Positions 52,590 through 64,000 of a DNA stretch of 64,000 nucleotides are shown here, piece by piece. Under the pieces are notes generated by a model that was given only the letters and a program-made list of their open reading frames with translations, searched no databases and had not been told where the DNA came from. Source of the DNA: Octopus bimaculoides. Lineage: Eukaryota. Location: positions 35,087,642-35,151,641 of the forward strand of contig NC_068991.1 of assembly GCF_001194135.2 (NCBI RefSeq), read 5' to 3'. How positions within the stretch are numbered: position 1 is the first letter of the stretch; the number at the start of each line of letters is the position of its first letter. The position numbers were made by a program, and so were the translations under genes.

Positions 52590-53822
52590 TGGCAACTATG
52601 TTCCCACCGCTTTTTTAAAATTTAAATTTTTTAAAAGGTTTAATAAAAAATAACAACTAATTAATCAATAATGTATTCACCCTTGTTGTTTACAACTTCT
52701 TCCCAACATTCAGCAAGATTTTCAATATCTTGTTGGTAGAAATCACCCGATTTCGACTTGATCCAACCAAGCTCTCAATTCTACATCAGTATTGAACGAA
52801 ACTCCGTGCATAGCATTTGAAAGAGGTAGAAATCTGTTGGTGCCAAATCAGGAGAGTACGGCGGGTGTGGCAGCACTTCCCAGCCATGTGTTTGAATAGC
52901 TTCCTTGGTCATATTGGCGATATGAGGGCGGGCGTTGTTGTGCAGCAGAAGAACTCCATGCTGCTGATTAAGTCTTTTCTCTTGAATAGCTGTGTTGACT
53001 TGTTCCATCTGTTGAACATAGAGTTCCGTATTGACCATTTGGTTCCATTCAAGCAATTCATAATGGATAATCCCTTCCCAGTTCCAACCATATGCACAAC
53101 ATCATTTTACGCGGATGAAGATCTTGTTTCATGCGCAGTGTTACTTGTTTACCAGGGCTAAGCCATTCCTTACGCTACTTCATATTGATGTACAGGCATC
53201 ATTTTTTGTCACCAGTTACGATTCAGTAAAGAAATCGTTGCTTGTGTCCATGAGTTGAGTGGTGACGAGCAAGCAAACCAGTGGAAATTGTGGCTCGTTG
53301 ATTTTTGTTGTTGTTACTTAAAGCATGCAGAACCCATGCTCCATACTTCTGAACCTTTCCTATTGAGTGAAGATGTTTCTCTATAGCAGTGTGGGAGCAT
53401 TCCATTTTCTCTACCAGTTCCCTTGTCGTTTGACGAGAATTTTTGTGCAAAAGTCGGTTTAATCACTCTTCATCGAACTCAACTGGTTGGCCAGAGTGAG
53501 GTCAAAATTTCCATTTTTGAACTTGGCATACCAATCACAAGCAGTTCTTTCAGCTATGGCACCCTCTCCGTACACAGCACAAATGTCGTGAGCAGCTTTT
53601 GCGGCCTTAGAACCTTGATTAAAAGAAAAAAGGAGGTGTCAAAAATGGTTGTTTTTCTTAACTTGACTTTCCATTTTAAGGATCTGAAAATAAACAAAAA
53701 TTAACTAGAATAAACTAGGAAAAAAAAAACAAAGTAGATTCCAAAATGATTCAAAAATAGAATTCTCGAATAAAATAAATTCCAAAATTTTTTTTAAATG
53801 GCGGGTACTTAGTTACCAACCC
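52586..53822 (-). mobile_element. Full-length decayed mariner (Mos1-like)
   Basis: TA-flanked TIRs gggttggcaacta../..tagttaccaaccc. Motifs GAWVLHAL, HNNARPH and WEVLPHPPYSPDLAPTDFYLF. Confidence 0.9.
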
Positions 53823-53907
53823 TATATATATTCAAATATGAAATAGAAGCAGCACTGGTGTAATAAACATTATCAACCACATATACTTAACGTTTTTGCC
53901 ATATGTA

Positions 53908-53940
<33 letters not shown>

Positions 53941-54029
53941 TAAATATATGCATGCATCCCATTAGCAGCCTACCACCGAATACAAATACATGAAGCATAT
54001 ACTTTAAGTATATGTGATTGATTATATAT

Positions 54030-54664
54030 ATCGCTGACGTGGCTGATGACATTTTCGCCTGATTGGCACTCATGCCAGTGGTATGTTAAAAGCACATCCG
54101 AGTGTGGGGTGTAACCAGCCCACTTTTGAGTACCCCTCATTCATTGGACAATAAACTGTGCTTGCGAAGACCTATTGAGGCAAGTGAAATCAAATCAAAA
54201 TTGCTGATGTGGCCGATGACAGTACCGCCTGATTGGCACTCCTGCCAGTAGAACGTTAAAAGCACATCCAAGTTTGATTGTTGCCAGGGCCACAGATTGA
54301 CTCCTATGCCGGTGGCACGTAAAAAGCACCATTTGAGTGTGATCGTTGCCAGTGGCACGTGAAAAACAACATTCAAGTGTGGTCATTGCCAGTGCCGCTG
54401 GACTGGCTCCCGTGCAGGTAGCATGTAAAAAACACGTTTTGAGCATGGTCATTGCCAGAACTGCTTGACTGGCCCTCGTACCGGTGGCACGTAAAAGCAC
54501 CCACTACACTCTTGGAATGGTTGGCGTTAGAAAGGGCATCCAGCTGTAGAGATTTTGCCAGATCAGATTGAGCCTGGTGCAGCCTTCTGGCTCACCAGTC
54601 CTCAGTCAAACTGTCCAACCCATGCCAGCATGGAAAGCCAACGTTAAATGACGATGATGATGAT
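54030..54664 (+). repeat. Long copy of RTE 3' UTR with internal subrepeats and (GAT)n tail
   Basis: Reverse complement of the 8731-9340 3' UTR, including cttgcgaagacct..aagtgaaatc. Confidence 0.8.
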
Positions 54665-54899
54665 GTGTGTGAGATATTTGCAACAGAAGCATTCGAAGTA
54701 GTATTCTGTATATCTTTCTTAGTGTGGATATACTGTAGAAAGCTATAAAACAAGATGCTGTCCTGATGAACACCACAGTTTTGTGGCTTTCCACAGTATA
54801 TTCACATTTAGTTAGATACTCATACACATGCACACATGAGAGACAGACAAACAGATGTGTATTTGTAGTTGGCCTTCAGATTTGATGATGACTATCCTC

Positions 54900-56200
54900 T
54901 TCAATTGTGGACTTTTTCATAATTGTACACCCAACCATTAAGGTGTGTTTAATGTGGATTTGTTGTAGTTGGTGTTATTTTGATGGAGTATTTGTTTGTG
55001 CATAATCCTATCGTGTCAAGAGATTGAAAATATCTTCTGTAGGCATTGGATATTAAAGACCCCATGGAGATGGATTTTTTTTAGAAAGACCTTTTTAAAC
55101 TTCTGAAAGGCTTTTGATGCCTGTCTGAGAAAGCTTTTAATCTCTTTGTCATTATGCTGCTGATGTATCTGAATTGGACAGGAGTGAATAGTTGATGCTG
55201 TTCTAACTGGAGAGGAAAAAAAGGTAGTGTAGCACCATTGATAGATGATATCAGTTTCTGATGCTAATTGTTAGCTCCATTCTAGTGTAAGCTGAGATAA
55301 TGGCTTGTAGGGCTTCTGGTGTATGAGATGCCATAGCACAGTCACCAAGGTTCTGTTCATATTTGAGGTCAGTAGTGGCTTGCAGATTCTATTTGTTGAA
55401 AAGATTTCCTGTTTTTTAAGGTTTTGGTAGGAGCAATAACTTCAGCCAAGATTGCTGGTTCATCAAGGTGCTCAATCCACAGGTTTAGATTGGTTTAGAA
55501 CCTACCAAGTTGAAGTGATCTCCTCAGTGCTATTCTTAGCTGTCCCCTTTGTAGAGATGTACCACAGAACAATTCCTGAGGCCATAAGCAATATTTATGT
55601 ATCATGGACATTATGCATGTCTTGCCTGTCTGCATGAATCTGAATTTCCTGAGCTTTTACAACCTACCATTTATTCTTCAAAGCATGTAGGGTAGATGAA
55701 ACTTCACTTCAAGGAACTTGCTGCTTTTTTTTTTTTTTATAATCTTTTTTTGAGTATGTAATGAGGATTTATCCAGAGTTACTCTCTGTACCTTGTACAA
55801 CATGTCAATCAAGAAATTACCAATTTTACTGGAGTTCTCCTCAAACCATTTTTGGTGGGTTTCTTTTGTTTTTTTTCTTTAATCTGATTGTTTTGGCAAC
55901 AACATCATAAAATGTAGAATAGTTGTGTCATTCACTCTAATTTTAGATGTGATCAGGGCCTCTGAAACTTTCAATTTGATAGCTAATGAGTGATTGAAGT
56001 TCTTGCAAAAACAGGACTGTTGAGCTTACAATTATTTAGCTTCTTGAAGTTTTGAGCTCTTGAGCATCATAGAGAGCACACTTGCAATCTGACCTTTGTT
56101 AATATCATGTGAAGATCTGTCCAGCTTTCAGCTCTACTCATAGGTGAGCAGAAGATCATTGAGGTCGACCCTCTTGACCATCATGTAATTGAGTTTTTTC
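54900..56200 (-). mobile_element. Highly decayed RTE-like LINE RT region
   Basis: VHLYKGD.. and GDCAMASHTPEALQAII..ELTIS remnants; boundaries approximate. Confidence 0.5.
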
Positions 56201-58614
56201 CCCTACTATTTTAGTTGTAATTCATTTTGCAACCAAACATAATTTCCTTTCACTTGCAGGCTTGTTTTAAGAATCTATGAAATTGATTACAACATATTTA
56301 AGTTATAACAGAAATTTCTTTGGATTTTAATACAAAAAGCAGTTTCCCCATTTAGTAGATTCTTGATGCAAGCAATGCTTTGTTATTTATTTGCAAAAAA
56401 TATTCTCTTGTGAACATTGCTGCTTATGACCCTTAGTAGTGTGTGTGATAAATAGTTTTTACTGTTTCTCTCTGCATGCATTGGAGTGTGTGAGAGTAAT
56501 GTGTTTGCTATTCTTTTTACAAACGTCAATAAAATTTTTGCATTCTTAAATTTTTATTTCTCTAAATGATTTATGTTCATAATTACATATAGTTAATCTG
56601 CATTTGTTATTTAAATGGTAACAGTCCATTTAAAGGCCTTATTAATTACCGTGTCAGAAAATCAAGCAACTGAATCTATTCTGTGTAAGAATAACTCCCT
56701 AGATAAGCTGTTAAAAATAGCAAAGGATTTTTTACTTTTAACACCAAAATCAAATACTAGTAATTATTTTAAAGCAATAAAAAAAAAATTACCTTTTAAT
56801 CAAGAGGTAAGGCAGGAAATCTAAGACTGGTGAGAGGAAGAAGGAAAGGATCCTCAAATTGGAAACCTGACCTCAATGGCAGCAACAAAGTGAACTCTGT
56901 TAAAGGCACCTGAGGTATCAGGTGGTGCTGACAACCAAGTAATGAATTCAGTGAATTTTACCTTCCTGGATGATAATTAAGAAGATGTTACATGTGACAC
57001 ATCTATTATGACGATCCATTTTCTCACTAAGAGAAAGGTCCTGTTTAGTAGATGGATGGCTTTTGACAGAAGTATTTTAGAAAATGAATCTCTCTTGGAT
57101 TTATATAACCATTCTTGAACTAATTTATAATTGATAGTTGAAAGGCATTTAAAAAAAAAACAAATTTGTAGGCATAAGTTTGTGAACAATTAACTTCAAA
57201 TGCTTCACTATGTGGCCTCAGTAGTGCAGTAGGCAGCGTGTCACTCTCATAATCACTATATTATTATTGAACCTGTATTATACATGCCTGTTTGGACACA
57301 CACATACCACTTTCATTGCCCTGCCAACACACACGCATGTGCAATGTTGGTTTATATATTTTCAATAGCGTATATATACACAAGCATTCAGCCATTGATC
57401 TACGTAAGATTTTTAGTTAATTATAAAGTTTTATTGTGCATGTAAATTATTAAACTATACAGGTATTGTCATATATACCTCAGTTAATGACTAGCTTATT
57501 ACTACTGCAGTTGATGCAGTCTTTTGTTTACTTGAGGATCCAACATAATGGATACTTGTGTACTGACATACAGTTCAAATGTACAAGTCTCCAATATGCA
57601 AGTGGTTAATAAGTGTCAGCAGAAGGGCACCCAGGAGTCATGATCTGGATGCAGCCTGGCCTCCTTAGAGTGTTAGAAATTAAGGGCACAAACACTTACC
57701 TGAAGTAGGGGATTCTTTGCCAAAGACCTGCTGTTTAGCTCTCCCAAGAGTTTCTTGCTAGCCCACCATACATAATTTGAAATATTTGCCCATAAGCTTA
57801 GCAAAAGTTTTTTGAAATCTGATTAATTTATTTACTGAAATAAAATCCAGCTCAATGATAACTTACATGAATATCCCAGTAAATTATATGAGTTAAAATT
57901 CAATATGTTGAATGTTTTCTTCCCTTTTTGAGTAAAAAACTATACAATGTATTTGAGGTGAATTATTCCTAAATGAAATTCACATCAGTCCTTAGTAAAT
58001 ATCAATTTAATTTACTCTCATTAAATCTTATCTAAAGAACTAATTAACTTATTATGCAGTTGGTGAAATATAGTTTCAAAATAGTAAAATTGGAAGTTAC
58101 AAGTACTGACTTATTTTGTTCTTGTTAAACATAACTAGAAAAAGGTGTACATTTTAAAAATATATTCTAGAGTTCTCGTTGAATATTTCTGCCAGCTTTG
58201 CTTGAGTAAACATGAAAGTACATAGAAAAATATAAGATCAGCCTATATAATATAATTTGCTCTGATCTTGTTTGGAGGCATTGTAATAATCAGAGTATGC
58301 TGCATTTGTTTCTGTAATCTGTTTTGAAATAAAAGATCAAACGGTATCATCAGAGATGGACTCGGTTGGTGCACACTGGTCTTAATACCTTGACATTCAA
58401 ATCACTTTGACATGCAGATGATTTGAATTTTAAACAATAATTAACAGCATTACTTAAGGTCAAGAATTGGTGATTTATTAGTGCACTTACATAGTGCTTA
58501 GTGAATCCTAAAAAACAATTCATTACTAGCAATATATTCTAATCCCTAATAGAAATCAATGTGCATAAAAAAAAATATATAAAACTGGTAGTGAGCAATA
58601 TGTTTAAATATAAT

Positions 58615-58725
<111 letters not shown>

Positions 58726-59746
58726 TTTTCACCATTTTTAAAACTATATTTTGCATGCTGGCATGGGTTGCACTTTTCCTGGTGTATTTTGGAAAATATT
58801 TGAATTGAATTACTCCAGTACAAGTTGTTCAATATTTGTTGACACACTTTAGTGATAAATCCACACAAGTGAGGGATTTAGAATGCTGTAACATTTTAAC
58901 CAAATATCAATGTGTCACATTTTGTGGCTTCATTTGTGTTAGTAATTGAGTAAATTCAATCTCTTCATTGCCCATGCTCTGGCTACCAAAGGTGATAATT
59001 CTCTTGAAGATTAATTAGTTTACAGAAATATGTGCTTGTGTCCTTGTAATAATTGTATATTTTATTTCAATATATACACACCTTGAATTATTCTTGATTC
59101 AGTTGGTCTACATTATATTACATCAAACTAACCCAAGTCTTATTGAGCACTTCAGCTAGAATCCTGCTTTTGAGTATTTTGAAAACTTTATATATATAGT
59201 ATTCTTTTCAGTCTTTCAGCCTGTCTCCTTGTGAGTTACAGTTTTTCTATACTTGCAGTGATCATGTTAGTGTAAGTTCTGGAGGAGACACATAATTTTA
59301 CGAAGTGAAGTTGTTGTGTAGAGATTGTTTTTCATCCAGGCTAGCAAGACATTGAAAATATTATATACATATATATATATCTTCTGTGTACAAATAGATG
59401 TACAGCTGCCACTGTTTTGTTTAGAGCTCCATGTAAATTATCATATTCCAGTCTGCTTTCATACTGCTTTCTGGGATTGAAATACAGAACAAATGAAGAA
59501 GAAATTAAGATAAATGCAAATTTATATTATTAGTTCCTATGTATGTTTCATCCAAGCAACTATAATAATAAAACATACACAGGAATTAATAATATAAACT
59601 TGAGTTTATCTTAATTTCTCTTATATATATGTATATATAATATATGTGTATGGTAAATGAAAGATAGAAGATACACACACACGTTTATGTATTTGTTTTG
59701 CAAGATTCCTGATGTGAAAGTGTTTGTTGAAACAGATATTGTTATA

Positions 59747-59952
59747 CAGTAATCCCTCGACTATCGCGGGTGTTACGTTCCAAAACCCTGCCACAATAGG
59801 TGAAAATCTGTGAAGTAAAAACAGTACTGTACTGTATTTTTTTTATTACTATTTTTATAATTTGTATATATTTTATTATAAATGCAAAACAACACCAGGG
59901 GAGAATTGGCATAAGCTTAAATAATAAACCGAGATATGCTAAGAGATTACTG
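59747..59952. mobile_element. Tigger/pogo-like MITE
   Basis: TA-cagtaatccctcgactatcgcgg ... gagattactg-TA. Confidence 0.6.
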
Positions 59953-60323
59953 TATATGGGGGTGGTCTTTTTTTTGTCTTTTTTCTTTTTACCAATTAAT
60001 CACACTCACTATATATTTGTTATTCACTTCTGCTTTATTATTGTTCTTATTTTAGTGTTGTTTGTCTGAAATCATTCATCATACATCCTGTGACCCCTTC
60101 AGTGACTCTCAGTCCCACATGTCTCCTCCTATCCTGTTTAGTCCATTCTGTCTTTCTGTGGTGTGTATAAGGTGTGTAAAATAATAATAATAAAGCTGAA
60201 ATGAATAACGAATATATAATGTGTGATTAATTGGAGGAGGTGGGGCCGTCCCCAAATATACAAAATATGTATATATATGAACAGTATAATTGTTATAGCT
60301 CTTTATCTGCTTTATCATTGTAG

Positions 60324-60398
60324 CTTCAACCAAACAGTGCATCTGGTTCTGGTGCATTGGAACATGATGCAGCATCTCTCTATGCGCGCATACAACCA
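60324..60398 (+). CDS. HEATR5B: HEATR5B exon: LQPNSASGSGALEHDAASLYARIQP
   Basis: ttgtag / gtaagt boundaries; 75 nt, phase 0-0. Confidence 0.93.
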
Positions 60399-60779
60399 GT
60401 AAGTAAAAATATTTAATTATAATTACTTCTTTTAAGCATATTTCATAGTATTTTTTACATGTGCCTATCTTGTTTTAGCAATGCTCTTTTATAATTTTAA
60501 GTTTTCTTGAATCAATTTTATTTTCCAAACCAAACTTGTTCTACTTCTCCCTTGGTTTGTATCAGCCATATCTGTTTGTTTCTTAATCAGTTCTCATTAT
60601 TTCATTATTAGATATCTTTTTTTACCGTTTTCTTTTTATGAACTTGTAATAATAGCTTTATTTCCCCATTGCTTTAATTTTCCTGATTTATACATTCAAG
60701 TAATCAGAGAACAATTATTATAACCTAAGTTAATGGAAATACTACTCCTTTCCCCTCCCAGGTCAGGGGTTTTTGTCTT

Positions 60780-61400
60780 GCAAGGTACTTGGTGACTATC
60801 AGTGGTGGTGCCACATAAAAGGCACTGGTGCTGAGTCCATGTAAAAAGCACTGGTGCTGGTGCCATGTAAAAAGCATGCAGTGTGCTCTGTAAAGTTGTT
60901 GCTGTTAGGAAGGGCATCCAGCTCTAGAAACCATGTCAAAACAGACAACTGGAACCTGGTGTGGCTCCTGGCTTTGTCAGCTTTATGTCAAGGCAGCATA
61001 GAAAACGGACATAAAATGATGATAATCGGTTTGCCTGTCCTCCTCTACAGTGCTGAGACCTGGACCATCCTCAAACAAGACCTGAACAAGCTCAAGCTTT
61101 GTCAGACACTTGTTGTCTTTCTGTGCAGTCAAATCTCAATTAACATCCGAGAACAGTGCCAGCAGCAGCCAACCGTTGAAGTGCAAGTCCAGCGGCACCA
61201 GCTACAGTGGTTTGGCCATGACTTCAGGATGAGCACCAGGAGACTACCACAATAACTTTTGTGGCAGCAGTGCACCAAAGAAGACATGGGTGAAACAAAT
61301 TAGGGAAGACCTAAAGTTGCAGCACCTTGACCTTGAGCATGCTCAGGTCAATGCCATGGATTGGAAAATGTGGAATAACATCACCACCAGAGTCCGTCAT
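60780..61400 (+). mobile_element. RTE 3' UTR-like copy followed by a LINE C-terminal coding fragment
   Basis: SINE-like tail to ~61025, then LPVLLYSAETWT..LQWFGHDFRM..LPQ. Confidence 0.65.
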
Positions 61401-62075
61401 CCAGCAGCATGTTGTTTGAGAAGGCAGCCTCCCCCTCTGGTCACCACCTAGGGATTAAAGAAGAAAAAGAAGATAGTTGGAAGGAAAACGTTACTAGGAT
61501 AGGATTTCTTGACAAAAGCAGTATTAAGGGGAAAATAAGCAAATTATTAAGTACACACTCTGTATACAGGCATCTCAGGAGTTTGAAGTGGGTATGATAT
61601 ACAGGGATAGTTCCAATGTTAGTGGTTGTTGAACTTTAGGAGTTAAATCCAGCTATGTCCTTGTATTTTAGAACCATCAAAATTTGTGATGTTCCTATAG
61701 AGGTTATTAATAAGTGAAAGTACATCCCCATCACAAACTTATATTTTGCTCTATAAGGCATATTTCTTAGACTGTTACAATGTTGTCTATTTCTCAGATT
61801 TCGTTAAATTTTAGATCCTAATTTGTTTTTTTCTTACTCATTTCCCAATCAGTGTTAGAGAGAATTGATTTCTACAGAATTATAACAAATGGAATAACAT
61901 GTTTTCTGAAGGTTTATTGCAATGCTTTTAACAAGGTTTTGAGTTCTTCATTTTAACCATTCTTATGTCATGTTTCCTTAATTACCTAATGCTGACATAA
62001 ATTACCCTATCAATTGCAAAGTATTACCAGTTATTTCAATTTTAAGAACTCCTTTTTGTCTTGACTCTATTTCAG

Positions 62076-62285
62076 ACTGATCCTCCTATTCCTGGTCCAC
62101 TGCCACTTGGCGTGGCTGTAATTGACAGTTCAGTACGTTTGTATGGGCTAGTTTTCTACAAAGTAGCCCACAAACACCGTTATCAGATGCTGCAACATTT
62201 TAACGAATGTATAAAACAAGCAAAATCTTCTCGACAGCAAGCAGTTCAAATGAACATTTTCACTGCAGTTCTGTGTGCTTTAAAG
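62076..62285 (+). CDS. HEATR5B: HEATR5B exon: [20 protein letters not shown]...[17 protein letters not shown] (gene continues beyond window)
   Basis: tttcag / gtaatt boundaries; 210 nt, phase 0-0. Confidence 0.94.
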
Positions 62286-63712
62286 GTAATTACTCCAGAA
62301 GTCATACTTTAGAAAACAAAAAAACATCTTTTTTTGACTTACATTTTTCATTGTGGTCTATTTTTAGTTACTTTGATTTATTTAATGCATGTTCAATCAT
62401 TTCTCAAAGATTTTGCATAATTGCTGGATATGATACATTTAGAATAGAATTTTTGAGAATTAAAAATATTACAAAAAACTTCCAAGTACTTATCAAGCTA
62501 TATCAGTGTTATCTTTTGGTAATTTTTAAGTGTTGGTAATGTTCATATTGATAATATCTAACTCTAATTCTAGCAAATTACACATGCACATACACAAACA
62601 CATGCACTTATACAGTCATATACATATTGATAATAAGGAGAATGAAGAATTTGAACATTCAAACTTTGTTTATTTCCAGTTAGTTTATTCATAATAATTG
62701 TCTGACGTGTTTTGATTGCACTAACTGTATATTGTTGCATGTTTACGCAGTGCTCCGCTATTAGTTTGAATTAGGCTTGGTAGTAGTAAACCATGACATT
62801 CTTCAATGAGATGTTTTTCTCAACTGATTGTTTGAGTAAAATTCAGCAGCACCATTTTTTTTTTTTTAAGTTGGCAAATGTTCTTGGCTAGTTGGAGAGT
62901 GGTTATTTATAGAATACTTATTTGTGATTGATTCGAGATACTTTATAGTCACATGGCATTTTGATAGATTTCAGAGTTGATTATAATATTTGAATTTTTG
63001 TGAAGGTTATTAATAATAGTAGTGGATAATTATTAGGCAGTAAGAGCCATGTGGTTATTAAAAGAAGTCAGTTGTATTTTAAATTCTCCTAACTTATTTT
63101 TTTTTTAAAGTGTTTTTAGGTTATATTATATATAATCTTATAAATTGAACTTCATTCTTATAGTCTTTGTATGCATCTTTAGAGAGAAAACTTTATTGAA
63201 ATTATATAAATTAATACATTCTATTAAATTTTTAAAAAGAAAGCATTGTTTGTGTAAGCAATTAAGACTAGTGTTAACTCATTTATTTTTTAAAGTAAAT
63301 ATTTGGTATAATTCCTCCATAATTCCTATGAAAGATGAAATTTATAATTTCATCTTTCATACCCTATTTTATAAGGTTTCACAGTACTAATAATTTCCCA
63401 TTTTNNNNNNNNNNNNNNNNNNNNNNNNNNNNNNNNNNNNNNNNNNNNNNNNNNNNNNNNNNNNNNNNNNNNNNNNNNNNNNNNNNNNNNNNNNNNNNNN
63501 NNNNNNNNNNNNNNNAGCACATTTCAACAAAGATCTCCTCCAACCGGCCCTCACTGCGAAAAGCAAACCATCAACAAGAAGGAGAATGAAAATGTCCTTA
63601 TGAAATTGTTTCTTCGTTTTACGTTGACTAAGCTTAGTCCCAATTGTCGAAGTTTATACAACTTGCATGTCGTTCTCCTGTCACTTATAACTGACACACT
63701 GAGAGGAACTTG

Positions 63713-64000
63713 TTAAATGGTGTCTTTTATGTGCCACCCGCACAAGAGCCAGTCCAGGGGCACTGGCAACGATCTCGCTCAAAAATCCTAACACATGTCA
63801 CGGGCACAAGTTGGTTTAAAATGGAAGGAATTAATTGACTTCAGCATGCTGCTTAAAGACTCACCAAAATCCATCTACCTGGAAGTTCATTAGCATATCC
63901 ACTCAACCAATTTGATCTATGCATCTTTTAAAATATGTTGCACTGGCAACGATCTCGCTCGAAGATCCTATGAAGGCCAGTCAGGCGGTACTGGCAACGG
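63713..64000 (-). repeat. RTE 3' UTR subrepeat fragments
   Basis: gtgccacc..gccagtcc..gcactggcaacgatctcgctc units. Confidence 0.7.

Noticed and set aside
54040-54800. Other CTGATGA occurrences as hammerheads (near 54043 and 54763)
   Set aside because: No stem II followed by GAAA and no stem I pairing.

Overview
AT-rich animal genomic scaffold with N gaps. The repeat families are most consistent with an Octopus genome; this is my recognition, not a database result. The window lies inside one + strand gene, HEATR5B/HEATR5 (Laa1/p200-like HEAT-repeat protein). Eleven coding exons are recoverable with GT-AG boundaries and consistent phases. The first coding exon is not in the window, and a block of internal exons is missing, probably lost in an assembly gap. 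The introns are filled with transposable elements: RTE-clade LINEs and their 3' UTR copies, a near full-length R4/Dong-like RLE retrotransposon in an (ATT)n-anchored cluster with tRNA-derived SINEs, three mariners, piggyBac- and Tigger-like MITEs, a non-autonomous Helitron and Penelope-like (PLE) remnants. The most interesting signal is four unrelated minimal type I hammerhead ribozyme motifs with palindromic, dimer-type stem III. One is intact and sits in a ~408-bp spacerless palindrome, so each strand carries a copy. Another has a swapped G3:C8 core and sits in a ~1-kb inverted duplication.
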